Positions 15,565 through 23,903 of a stretch of DNA of 32,000 bases are shown piece after piece. The position numbers and the translations under genes are program-made. The notes under the pieces were generated by a model. It saw nothing but the letters and a program-made list of their open reading frames with translations. It did no database searches and was not told where the DNA came from. The DNA is taken from contig JBDUYP010000022.1 of NCBI GenBank assembly GCA_039944535.1, positions 1 to 32,000 of the forward strand, in the 5' to 3' direction. The number at the start of each line of letters is the position of its first letter. The stretch's first letter is position 1. Source of the stretch: Cyclobacteriaceae bacterium (lineage in GTDB: Bacteria; Bacteroidota; Bacteroidia; Cytophagales; Cyclobacteriaceae).

Positions 15565-17093
15565 CACATACTACCAAGGACATCAAGAAAAAGTTAGAAG
15601 CCTCCTTTCGAAGAGCAGAGTTGTCAGACTTCTTTGAGACAATTGATACCGGTCCTAATAAATTCATATGGTTTATTTGGACATTCAGAATAACCAAAGG
15701 TCAGGAAATAAAACCAATAGGTATTGCCAGAAACAACTTGCGCAGGCTTACTCAACACTTAGGTTTTAGAAGATTAACCTCCGAGCGGGAAGTGGTGCTA
15801 AAGGAGGGCCAAATCATCAGCTTGTCGTCTGTCGAAGAGATCAAGAGTACAATTTTCGATCTTCTGAATTTATTCGATGAAAAAGAGGTGGTTAGCTGTG
15901 ATGAAATAACAAGCGAACTACTTGTTGAAATCTTCCTCCGGCAACAGCACCTGGCAATAAACAAAACCAGTTTGATCGACTTCCTGACCGAGCTTGATGG
16001 AGACATTCTTCAAGACACTCCCGACACCTCGTACATACCATTCCAAAACGGGATTGTCACTATCACCAATTCCGACTTACAACTTGTTCCGTATGAGAAG
16101 TTCAACAAATTAGTCTGGAAAGAACGATTGCTACCACACAATTTTGAGTTCCGGGATTATTCCAACTTCATGGTAGCAAGGTTCATGTTCAACGTCTCCG
16201 GTAAAGACCAAAAAAGAGTGAGATCGCTTATGTCCATCTTAGGGTACCTCATGCATAATCACTTCCCAATGAGTGAAAATAGAGCCGTTATTCTGGTAGA
16301 TGAGGAAGCGGCGCACTCTAATGCGCCAGAAGGTGGGAGTGGCAAAGGACTAAGTGCGCAAATGTTGGCGCAAGTACGCAGAGTGATTGTTTTGGACGGC
16401 AAGAGATTCTTAAAAGACAACAGATTCCTTTTTCAGCAAGTGCGCACAGAACATCAAATCATTCACCTGGATGACGTAAAAAACAACTTTGATACCGTCT
16501 CACTAAACTCTGTTTTATCAGACGGCCTTGCCGCAGAACGGAAAGGTAAGGATGTGGTCAAAATCCCTAAAGAGAGAACTCCAAAGTTTCTTATCTCCGC
16601 CAATGCAGGCATTAGCTCAGAAGGAACCACGCGTAAACGCCGACAGATCATTTTCCCGTTTAGCAATCACTATTCTCAACTGATAAGAAAGGGTGTACAT
16701 GATCCTATTGTACATGAACATGGACAAAGATTCTTTGATAGCTCCTGGTCCGAAACAGATTGGCAAATGTTTTTTACCCTGATGACGGATTGCATCAAAA
16801 TTTACCTATCCGAAGGACTTATAGAGTTGGACAACAACCAGATAAAAACCATTGGACTAAAAGCCGTTACCAGCCTTGAGTTTGTAGATTTTATAGAAAA
16901 GGAAGTTCAGTTAAATGTACGTACCCCGACCAAAGAATCATACCAATCATTCTTGCAACATTATGATTTTGAAAGTACTGAGTTTAAGCAGCGCACCTTC
17001 TCCAATTGGCTGAAAAAGTATGCAGGCGTCTATGGGTATGAATACATCAATGAAACTATTAATGGGATCGGCTACTATACAATTAAGAATTAG
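15561..17093 (+). CDS. P-loop NTPase, SF3-helicase/primase-associated (D5/P4-like or VirE-like) replication protein
   Basis: 510 aa. Walker A PEGGSGKGLSA and Walker B-like QIIHLDDV lie in the central third of the protein. This layout resembles the primase-helicase C-terminal domains of P4/D5-type proteins. Confidence 0.6.
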   Translation: MTHTTKDIKKKLEASFRRAELSDFFETIDTGPNKFIWFIWTFRITKGQEIKPIGIARNNLRRLTQHLGFRRLTSEREVVLKEGQIISLSSVEEIKSTIFDLLNLFDEKEVVSCDEITSELLVEIFLRQQHLAINKTSLIDFLTELDGDILQDTPDTSYIPFQNGIVTITNSDLQLVPYEKFNKLVWKERLLPHNFEFRDYSNFMVARFMFNVSGKDQKRVRSLMSILGYLMHNHFPMSENRAVILVDEEAAHSNAPEGGSGKGLSAQMLAQVRRVIVLDGKRFLKDNRFLFQQVRTEHQIIHLDDVKNNFDTVSLNSVLSDGLAAERKGKDVVKIPKERTPKFLISANAGISSEGTTRKRRQIIFPFSNHYSQLIRKGVHDPIVHEHGQRFFDSSWSETDWQMFFTLMTDCIKIYLSEGLIELDNNQIKTIGLKAVTSLEFVDFIEKEVQLNVRTPTKESYQSFLQHYDFESTEFKQRTFSNWLKKYAGVYGYEYINETINGIGYYTIKN

Positions 17094-17149
17094 CGATTCA
17101 TAAAAAAAGGTATATACCCCATTTAGAGTTTTGTTAATTCTTAATTACT

Positions 17150-18001
17150 ATGTATCAATACCAACTTGATAAATCATCAAAAAAACATCTATGTCCGGCC
17201 TGCGGCCAGAGAAGATTTGTGCGCATAGTTGATATAAATACCGGTGAGCTTTGCGAGGCTGAGTTCGGAAGGTGCGACCGTGAACAGAGTTGTGGTTATA
17301 TACGATTCCCTTCCAAGGTCATGGATCCGCACCTTAATGACAAGGTGCCTAAACAGGTGCAGCAGGTATATGCGCCACCTTCCTTTATTCCTCAAACTTA
17401 TTACAATGACTCTATGAAACTGATGGAGCGAAATACTCTGTTCAAATACTTGATTTCTGAATATGATGACAGCATGGTGCGGCAGACCTGCGCACTGTAT
17501 GGCATGGGTTCAAATCCCTTTGCGCCTGCAGAAACTGTTTTTTGGCAAATCGATGCGCAGGGGCACGCCAGAACGGCAGAAATCATTCAATACTTGCGCA
17601 ATGGTAAGCGTGATCGGGTGCGCCACCCAAACTGGATGCATTCAATACTGCAAAAACGGGGTTTGATAAAGGATTTTAGGCTCGAACAGGTGGCTTATGG
17701 TGCGCAGCTTCTTGGCGCACACAAAGGCAAAGTCGCTGTTGTAGAGGGCGCCAAAACTGCCATAGTCTGCGCACTGAAGTATCCCGAGTACTTATGGCTC
17801 GGAACTCAAGGTGTGCACGGATTAAATGGTAAAATACTCAGCACGTTAAATCCGGCGCAGACAATTCTAGTGCCTGACGCAGGCTTTGAAGATAAATGGC
17901 GCAACAAGTCTATGCACCAATTTCAGATAATGAACATCTCTCAGTTTGTGGAAAAGGGTGAGGATTTGGCGGATTGTTGTTCCACAGACACATTACAATA
18001 A
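17150..18001 (+). CDS. Zn-ribbon + Toprim-domain protein (primase-like)
   Basis: 283 aa. The N-terminal zinc ribbon is CPACGQRRF...GRCDREQSCGY. The C-terminal Toprim-like part has VAVVEGAKTAIV (Glu) and ILVPDAGFEDKW (acidic cluster). Confidence 0.6.
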   Translation: MYQYQLDKSSKKHLCPACGQRRFVRIVDINTGELCEAEFGRCDREQSCGYIRFPSKVMDPHLNDKVPKQVQQVYAPPSFIPQTYYNDSMKLMERNTLFKYLISEYDDSMVRQTCALYGMGSNPFAPAETVFWQIDAQGHARTAEIIQYLRNGKRDRVRHPNWMHSILQKRGLIKDFRLEQVAYGAQLLGAHKGKVAVVEGAKTAIVCALKYPEYLWLGTQGVHGLNGKILSTLNPAQTILVPDAGFEDKWRNKSMHQFQIMNISQFVEKGEDLADCCSTDTLQ

Positions 18002-18065
18002 CTCCATGAAGTTCCCACAAAAAGGTATATGATAAAATAGTTGGTCGGTCTCAACCTGCGGATGA

Positions 18066-18332
18066 TCTTTCAGTTTACCAAGAAGCCGAAGTGATATAGA
18101 AGCTTATGGAGTGGGATTGTGTACACAAATCGCTCAGTACTTCATGACCAAATCGTATCAGGCTGAAGAAGTATCCAAGGTCTCCATTCTCAACTATGTG
18201 GGCATTGTTTATGCCCTCGGTTTTGGATGGGTGTTCTTCGATGAAACCTTCAACGTGATGACTTATGTGAGGATGGCTTTGGTACTCGCTGGGGTTATCC
18301 TGAATGTTTTGCTCAAGAAAACCAGAACGTAA
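18066..18332 (+). pseudogene. EamA/DMT-family transporter, C-terminal ~75-aa remnant (5'-truncated)
   Basis: GLCTQIAQYFMTKSYQAEEVSKVSILNYVGIVYALGFGWVFFDETFNVMTYVRMALVLAGVILNVLLK matches the last two TM helices of EamA-domain transporters. The frame is closed by a TGA at 18063-18065, so about 200 N-terminal residues are missing. Confidence 0.65.
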
Positions 18333-18333
18333 G

Positions 18334-18777
18334 TTAATTGCAGCAAACTCCTTCGGTGTAAGCCATTTCATTTTTGTAAGCCACACACCCACCTGACTCA
18401 CAAACCACACTATCAGGAGCCGGGGCAATGGCACAGTCCGAACCACGTCCGTCTCGGATATTGAGCTGCTCTTCCAGTTCGTTATACCTACTGACGAGAT
18501 TGAAAAGTGAAGCAGTATCTACTGTGGAGGAAAAAATGAGATATTCCCATGGGCCACCACATGGCTTGCTACCAAACCCGATGAAGTCACAAACTCCCTC
18601 GTCACAACCAGAATCAGCCGCCAGACTTATTATTTCCTGACGCATAGAATCGAGATCATCAATGGTGTATTCACTATGATCAATACAACTCGCAAACCCG
18701 GGACATTCCGTACCATCGTCAGTTTCTTCGCAGGCCAAAAACAGAGAAATGGCGACTAATGAGAATAGTATTTTCAT
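18334..18777 (-). CDS. Cys-rich lipoprotein, unknown function
   Basis: 147 aa. It has a signal peptide with a lipobox (LFLAC) and about 11 cysteines, including a C-terminal CC. Confidence 0.6.
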   Translation of the reverse strand: MKILFSLVAISLFLACEETDDGTECPGFASCIDHSEYTIDDLDSMRQEIISLAADSGCDEGVCDFIGFGSKPCGGPWEYLIFSSTVDTASLFNLVSRYNELEEQLNIRDGRGSDCAIAPAPDSVVCESGGCVAYKNEMAYTEGVCCN

Positions 18778-18954
18778 ACATGATTAAGATTTAAGTATAG
18801 GCACAGTTTTAAGCCTAAAGGTTGTATTATTTGATAGCCTCACATGTTTTTTTGACTATCCGATGATTTTTTTTCTCATATTATAACACAATTTTCACAC
18901 TAACACCTATCAATGCACCCAACACTGGTTAATTTCGATTAAATTAACAGAAGA

Positions 18955-19806
18955 ATGAAAGTTTTCAGATTCAATGTTCCAAAAACCAATAAGGAATCCT
19001 TTTGGATTGATGAATATAAAGGAAAATATTTCTATGATAAGTTGCACTGGCATCCTGAAATCCAAATAACCTTAATAAAAGGAATGACTGGAGATGTCTT
19101 GGCTGGTGGATATTATGGGCGATTTTATCCAGGTGAAATATACGTTATCGGATCAAATATTCCTCATGTTTTCAGAAGTGATCATCCGAACGAATTAAAA
19201 CAGGAAGATGCAGTATCTATCATATTTTCCCCAACACTTTTCGGTAAGACATTCCTTGCACTTCCAGAAAGCGAGTCCCTCAATGATTGGATAGAAAAAA
19301 CACATTATGGGATGAAAATAAGTGCCAATACAATAATTGATTTTGCTGCAATATTTGAGAAAATAAATAATAGCTGGGGTTTTAACAGATTATATCATTT
19401 GATAGAACTCCTATTTTCCCTTTTGAATACTGATTGCGTTGCATTAGCCACTAACCCAAAAAAGGTATATAATAATCAAGAAACCAAGTTGTTAGATAAA
19501 ATCCTCACTTATACCTTCACAAACTTTCAGAATACCATAACAATTGAAGATGTATCAAGTCTGGCTTGTATGTCATCAGCATCTTTTTGCAGGTATTTTA
19601 AATCGAAAACCCAAAAAACATATATTCAATTTCTTAATGAAGTTAGAATAGCTAATGCTTGTAAAATCCTTATGAAGGAAGATACAACCATTGCGCAAAG
19701 TGCACTTCTTTCTGGCTACAACAACCTAACATATTTTAATAGAAAGTTTAAGAGTATAATGGAGCATTCTCCGTCAGAATATTTAAAAATCATTAAACAA
19801 TATTGA
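18955..19806 (+). CDS. AraC-family transcriptional regulator (cupin sensor + HTH)
   Basis: 283 aa. The C-terminal double HTH reads SFCRYFKSKTQKTYIQFLNEVRIANACKIL...GYNNLTYFNRKFKSIMEHSPSEY. The N-terminus is cupin-like. Confidence 0.9.
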   Translation: MKVFRFNVPKTNKESFWIDEYKGKYFYDKLHWHPEIQITLIKGMTGDVLAGGYYGRFYPGEIYVIGSNIPHVFRSDHPNELKQEDAVSIIFSPTLFGKTFLALPESESLNDWIEKTHYGMKISANTIIDFAAIFEKINNSWGFNRLYHLIELLFSLLNTDCVALATNPKKVYNNQETKLLDKILTYTFTNFQNTITIEDVSSLACMSSASFCRYFKSKTQKTYIQFLNEVRIANACKILMKEDTTIAQSALLSGYNNLTYFNRKFKSIMEHSPSEYLKIIKQY

Positions 19807-19828
19807 TCTTTTTCCATCAAGAATTCAC

Positions 19829-20509
19829 ATGCAATTAAAAATAAAAACTACACTTATATATATTTTAACCCTCATCAGCACCTTCCACTTAAAATCTCAA
19901 CAATTACCAAAGGGCTTTGTGTATTTGGATGATTTTATTGAAGACATTGTGATTGATCTTAGATACTACTCTTCGAATAATTTTATGGGAGATACCATAA
20001 ATGGATATTTAAGTCAAAAGTGCATTATCACCAGGAAAGCAGCTAAAGCACTAAAAAATGTGCAAAAGGATCTGAAAAAGCATGATGTAAGGATCAAAAT
20101 ATTTGATGCTTACCGCCCACAAAGAGCAGTTAATCATTTCATCGAATGGAAGGACCTGCCGGATAATGATTCTATTAAGGAAAGGTATTATCCGGATTTT
20201 AAAAAAGCAGACTTGTTCAAAAATGGATACATTGCTACTCGCTCGGGGCATTCCAGGGGTAGTACTGTTGATCTTACACTCATCAATTCAAAAGGTGAAG
20301 AATTAGATATGGGAACTAGATGGGATTTCTTTAGTAAACTGTCCTGGCCAGACAACACAGATATAAGTAAGGCTCAATATCAAAACAGGATGTTACTTCG
20401 AAAAAGTATGATCAATAATGGCTTTAAGCCTTTAAAGGAAGAATGGTGGCATTTCACTTTGAAAAAGGAACCATTTCCTGATACTTATTTTGATTTTGCG
20501 ATAGAGTGA
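19829..20509 (+). CDS. D-alanyl-D-alanine dipeptidase (VanX/DdpX, peptidase M15D) with signal peptide
   Basis: 226 aa with DAYRPQRAV, SGHSRGSTVDLTL (Zn ligands His/Asp) and EWWHF. The N-terminal hydrophobic leader is TTLIYILTLISTFHLKS. Confidence 0.85.
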   Translation: MQLKIKTTLIYILTLISTFHLKSQQLPKGFVYLDDFIEDIVIDLRYYSSNNFMGDTINGYLSQKCIITRKAAKALKNVQKDLKKHDVRIKIFDAYRPQRAVNHFIEWKDLPDNDSIKERYYPDFKKADLFKNGYIATRSGHSRGSTVDLTLINSKGEELDMGTRWDFFSKLSWPDNTDISKAQYQNRMLLRKSMINNGFKPLKEEWWHFTLKKEPFPDTYFDFAIE

Positions 20510-20581
20510 AATTGAAGAAGGTCCCCTTATATAGAGTGGTCCGATAACTAGTAAGGCTTCAGAACCTGAACATAAACACTA

Positions 20582-20965
20582 TTAGCTTTTATCTTTTGCT
20601 GCAATACATTCAATTTCCACTAATACATCCAGGGGAAGGGATTTAACAGCAACAGTAGCTCTGGCCGGTGGAGAATCAGCAAAATACTTACTATAAACGT
20701 CGTTCATTTTCTTAAAATTTTTCATATCTGAAAGGTAACATGTGGTTTTCAACACATTCACAAAACCATATCCCGCTTCGTTTAATATATGATCAATGTT
20801 ATTAAGAACATTTGTTGTTTGTTCGTCAATCTGATCAGGTATCTGATTGGTTTCCCTGTCAATTGGCAATTGTCCGGAAATAAATAGGAAATTATTAAAT
20901 TCTATTGCCTGACTGTATGGGCCTAATGCTTCCGGTGCTTTTGTGCTTTCTACTACTTTTTTCAT
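20582..20965 (-). CDS. ridA: RidA (YjgF/TdcF) family reactive-enamine/imine deaminase
   Basis: 127 aa. APEALGPYSQAIEFNNFLFISGQLPID ... ARATVAVKSLPLDVLVEIECIA is the canonical RidA pattern. Confidence 0.9.
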   Translation of the reverse strand: MKKVVESTKAPEALGPYSQAIEFNNFLFISGQLPIDRETNQIPDQIDEQTTNVLNNIDHILNEAGYGFVNVLKTTCYLSDMKNFKKMNDVYSKYFADSPPARATVAVKSLPLDVLVEIECIAAKDKS

Positions 20966-20977
20966 CTTGTTTTTATA

Positions 20978-22789
20978 TTAATCTTTAACAAATAATTGCC
21001 TGACCACTCCTCCGTTAGTTACTCTAAATCCAATTACTGCCCCCTTATCATCACGCTCGAATTCCACTTTATCAAAAACCCAATAAGTCCCTTTGAATAC
21101 ATCCCCACCTATTGGCAGAAACTCAACATCTTCCAACTTCTTGTGACGAGCCAGAAGTTTACCATTATGAACATACAACGAATACTGTGTCTCCAATTCT
21201 GAACTATAATACCTCCCAGTGAATTGTACCAGTGATTCCTCTTCAAGTTCACTCATTATTTCATCGTAGGGTGACTTCTCTTTAGCTCTTTTTTGATCAG
21301 AATCCATCGGTTTATCTTCAATTCCCAGATATAAATCAGCTGTTCTCTTGGCCAAAGAGACTGTATTGCATGAAGCAAGATTGCTTAACACAATAACTCC
21401 CAATCTTTCTTCAGGGAAATACATCATATAGGATCTGTAACCTGCATCGACACCTGAATGATTATAGATCAAATAACCTTTATAATCTCTGACAACCACC
21501 CCGAGAGCATAGTGAGATTTCTCTCCATCGTTCAGAACACCCTTAGTTGTGAGCATCTCAAATATCTCTTTATTACCGACTTTCATTTCTTCAAAATTGA
21601 CCAACCACTTTGAAAAGTCGTGAACAGTTGTAAAAAGACTGGTTGCACCCATATTAGCAAAATTCAGATTGCTCTTTTTAAGCTCACCTGACCTGTCATC
21701 ATATGAATATGCTCGGTTTCTTACCAACTCTTCATGATCATTGTAAAAAAAGGTACTATTCATACCTAAAGGATCGAATATATTTTCTATTGTCCATTGC
21801 CTCAAGTCCTTACCGCTAACTCTCTCAATAATTTCTGCAGCTAACGTATAGTTGGTGTTGGAATAACTATACCTTTCACCCGGATGAAAGTTGAGCTCTT
21901 TCTGCCTATATATTATGTTTAGCAACTGATTTTGTGTGATCACATCATCCATTCTCCATCCTGCCAAAGCAAGTAAAATCCACTGATCTCTCAAACCACT
22001 GGTATGAGTAAGCATCTGTCTGATGGTTATATTCTGTGGTATCTGTAATTCAGGGATATACTTTATTATATTATCATCCAAAGAAAGTTCCCCTTGATAA
22101 TGAAGGTGAACCAAAGCAAAAGCAGCAAATTGCTTGGAAACTGATGCTATATGAAAAACTGTAGAGGGTGAAATAGGTATATTATACTCTGCATTAGCCA
22201 AACCATAACCTTTCTCATAGACGATTTCCCCATTTTTGACTACACCAACTGCTGCTCCTGGGTAATTCTTATTATTATAATGACTAAAAATCTCATCGAT
22301 ACCTCCTTCAATGGATTCCTCTTTCGTTGTTGAATTCAATAGAATCGAATAGACACCAGGCTGATTAATCGTTTCATAAGGCACCCTTCTTTCACCATCC
22401 CAAATAAATCCATTTCTATCAATTTCAGTCTCAATGACATGACCTACGGCTGGAATTACTTCGATCGTATACACCCCGTCCATTTTTACTCCAAAAGCCA
22501 ATGGTTCAGGTGCATTTATATTTTTCTGCTTATCCTGAGAAATCAATAGCTTCCCATCAGGTGATATAACCGATACCTTGATATTTACTCCCCTCTGCTC
22601 TATGTAACCGCTTGCATAGAACCCTTTTCTAAGCGCAATAGAATAAGCATGTCTCTGCAAGGGCTCTATGAATCTTTCAGTCTTTATTCCTAATCCTAAT
22701 TTGTAAGATTCATATTGCGCAAAACAATTACCATTAAGGCTTGCACAAAATATTAACAGTGTTGCGATTTTACTCTTCAATTGCCTCAT
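20978..22789 (-). CDS. Secreted serine hydrolase, beta-lactamase/transpeptidase fold (D-aminopeptidase/esterase-like), with extra N- and C-terminal domains
   Basis: 603 aa with a signal peptide. Motifs: SxxK (ASVSKQF), YxN (YSNTNY) and HSG (NHSGVD). An ~170-aa N-terminal domain and an ~100-aa C-terminal beta-rich domain flank the catalytic core. Confidence 0.8.
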   Translation of the reverse strand: MRQLKSKIATLLIFCASLNGNCFAQYESYKLGLGIKTERFIEPLQRHAYSIALRKGFYASGYIEQRGVNIKVSVISPDGKLLISQDKQKNINAPEPLAFGVKMDGVYTIEVIPAVGHVIETEIDRNGFIWDGERRVPYETINQPGVYSILLNSTTKEESIEGGIDEIFSHYNNKNYPGAAVGVVKNGEIVYEKGYGLANAEYNIPISPSTVFHIASVSKQFAAFALVHLHYQGELSLDDNIIKYIPELQIPQNITIRQMLTHTSGLRDQWILLALAGWRMDDVITQNQLLNIIYRQKELNFHPGERYSYSNTNYTLAAEIIERVSGKDLRQWTIENIFDPLGMNSTFFYNDHEELVRNRAYSYDDRSGELKKSNLNFANMGATSLFTTVHDFSKWLVNFEEMKVGNKEIFEMLTTKGVLNDGEKSHYALGVVVRDYKGYLIYNHSGVDAGYRSYMMYFPEERLGVIVLSNLASCNTVSLAKRTADLYLGIEDKPMDSDQKRAKEKSPYDEIMSELEEESLVQFTGRYYSSELETQYSLYVHNGKLLARHKKLEDVEFLPIGGDVFKGTYWVFDKVEFERDDKGAVIGFRVTNGGVVRQLFVKD

Positions 22790-23879
22790 TTTCAGAATTC
22801 AATATTAAAGTTGACTTTTTCATCAGGTTTGCGGTCAAACAACTATGAACGGGTATCACTCCAATGAAATCTCCTATTTTTATTCTATTAATAAATGATT
22901 CAGGAGCCTTAACAATTCCATGCTCTTGAGTTACCCAGGACAAATAGGCACCCGTTTCCTCGCAACTCCATGCACCATCTTGAAGCATAACCACGTCTCC
23001 GTGATAGTCACCTCTTTCCTTGGTATTTATGGCTTCTTTAGAGAAATGAACAGCACCTCCGAAAATAATAATTTCTCCTCTGTCCTTGTGAATAGCAACG
23101 ACAGGACATGCCACAATAGCAGATACTTGGTCACGAGTGCATGACCCGATGATAACCTGCATGAGATCATAAAAGATGAAATTGCCCGGTCGCATTTCCC
23201 CAATACCATTAAAATCCTCAGCTATACTACATGTTGGTGTATCTCCTATTGATAACTCCAACATTGGGTTTGATGAGATATATTCTTTCTTTAAGCCAAG
23301 CATATCCTCCATATACTCACTGTGTACTCTCAAGATTTCCTTTTCACTCCTTGCATGATAACTGTGACCAGCAAAAGTGAGAAACCCTCTGAAATCAAAA
23401 TTATGGCTCTTATCTAATCTCTGAATGAGCGGAGTAATAAGGTCAATATCTCGAGGGTTTAAACCAGCCCGATGATACCCTGTATTAATCTCAATATAAA
23501 CCCCAATTGGGCTATCTAATTTACTATCCAATTGATCTACCACTGAGATGTCTTCCAAAACAACATTTAAATTAACCTTGCCAGAAAGACATTTTATTGT
23601 TTCTACTTCGTTGGGATTAACGGAAAACGCTACCGTAATGTCGCTCCATCCATCAGAAGCAAAAAATTCTGCCATCTCGAAAGAAGAAACAGTTATAGCT
23701 TGTACTCCTACTTCCCTGAACCATCCTCCTACTTCTTTGCTTTGATGTGTTTTGAAGTGAGGGCGAAAAATCAATCCTTGGCGCTGTGATTTCTTGAGCA
23801 TCTTTTCGATTTTTACTATAGATTTCCCTTTATCTATTAGAAAGGTTGGCTTAGCTAAGTGCATTTTTAATAATTTCAT
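22770..23879 (-). CDS. PLP-dependent D-serine dehydratase/D-threonine aldolase-like enzyme (alanine racemase N-terminal fold, DSD1 family)
   Basis: 369 aa. The PLP-lysine motif is RPHFKTHQ. The C-terminal D-Ser-dehydratase-like segment is VTQEHGIV...GDFIGVIPVHSCLTANL. No signal peptide. It overlaps the next gene by 20 nt. Confidence 0.75.
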   Translation of the reverse strand: MKLLKMHLAKPTFLIDKGKSIVKIEKMLKKSQRQGLIFRPHFKTHQSKEVGGWFREVGVQAITVSSFEMAEFFASDGWSDITVAFSVNPNEVETIKCLSGKVNLNVVLEDISVVDQLDSKLDSPIGVYIEINTGYHRAGLNPRDIDLITPLIQRLDKSHNFDFRGFLTFAGHSYHARSEKEILRVHSEYMEDMLGLKKEYISSNPMLELSIGDTPTCSIAEDFNGIGEMRPGNFIFYDLMQVIIGSCTRDQVSAIVACPVVAIHKDRGEIIIFGGAVHFSKEAINTKERGDYHGDVVMLQDGAWSCEETGAYLSWVTQEHGIVKAPESFINRIKIGDFIGVIPVHSCLTANLMKKSTLILNSENEAIEE

Positions 23880-23903
23880 GTTTTGAATAATCTTTTAATT
23901 ACA

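Larger units (their letters stand above)
520..18065. mobile_element. Integrative element / genomic island carrying a defence operon and an integrase-excisionase-primase/helicase module
   Basis: The left edge is the break in tRNA-Thr homology at ~519/520, next to int. The right edge is approximate: it lies between the last element gene (stop 18001) and the start of homology in the truncated EamA gene (~18066-18110). No matching direct repeat was found at the right end. Confidence 0.5.

Noticed and set aside
17104-17115. The 12-mer AAAAAGGTATAT occurs three times: 17104-17115, 18019-18030, and 19459-19470 inside the AraC gene. The first copy is part of a GGTATATACC palindrome.
   Set aside because: It is A/T-rich and short, and one copy is inside an unrelated chromosomal CDS. 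It may be chance or a weak promoter-like element, and I cannot support a function.
18075-18085. Possible att core: ttaccaagaag near the right junction resembles ttacaagaaag (513-523) at the tRNA break.
   Set aside because: The match is only ~10 nt and needs an indel in A/T-rich sequence. That is too weak to call a direct repeat without comparative data.
18075-18446. 123-aa minus-strand ORF spanning the EamA remnant and the lipoprotein gene end.
   Set aside because: It overlaps two better-supported features on both sides and has no motif support. It is probably spurious.
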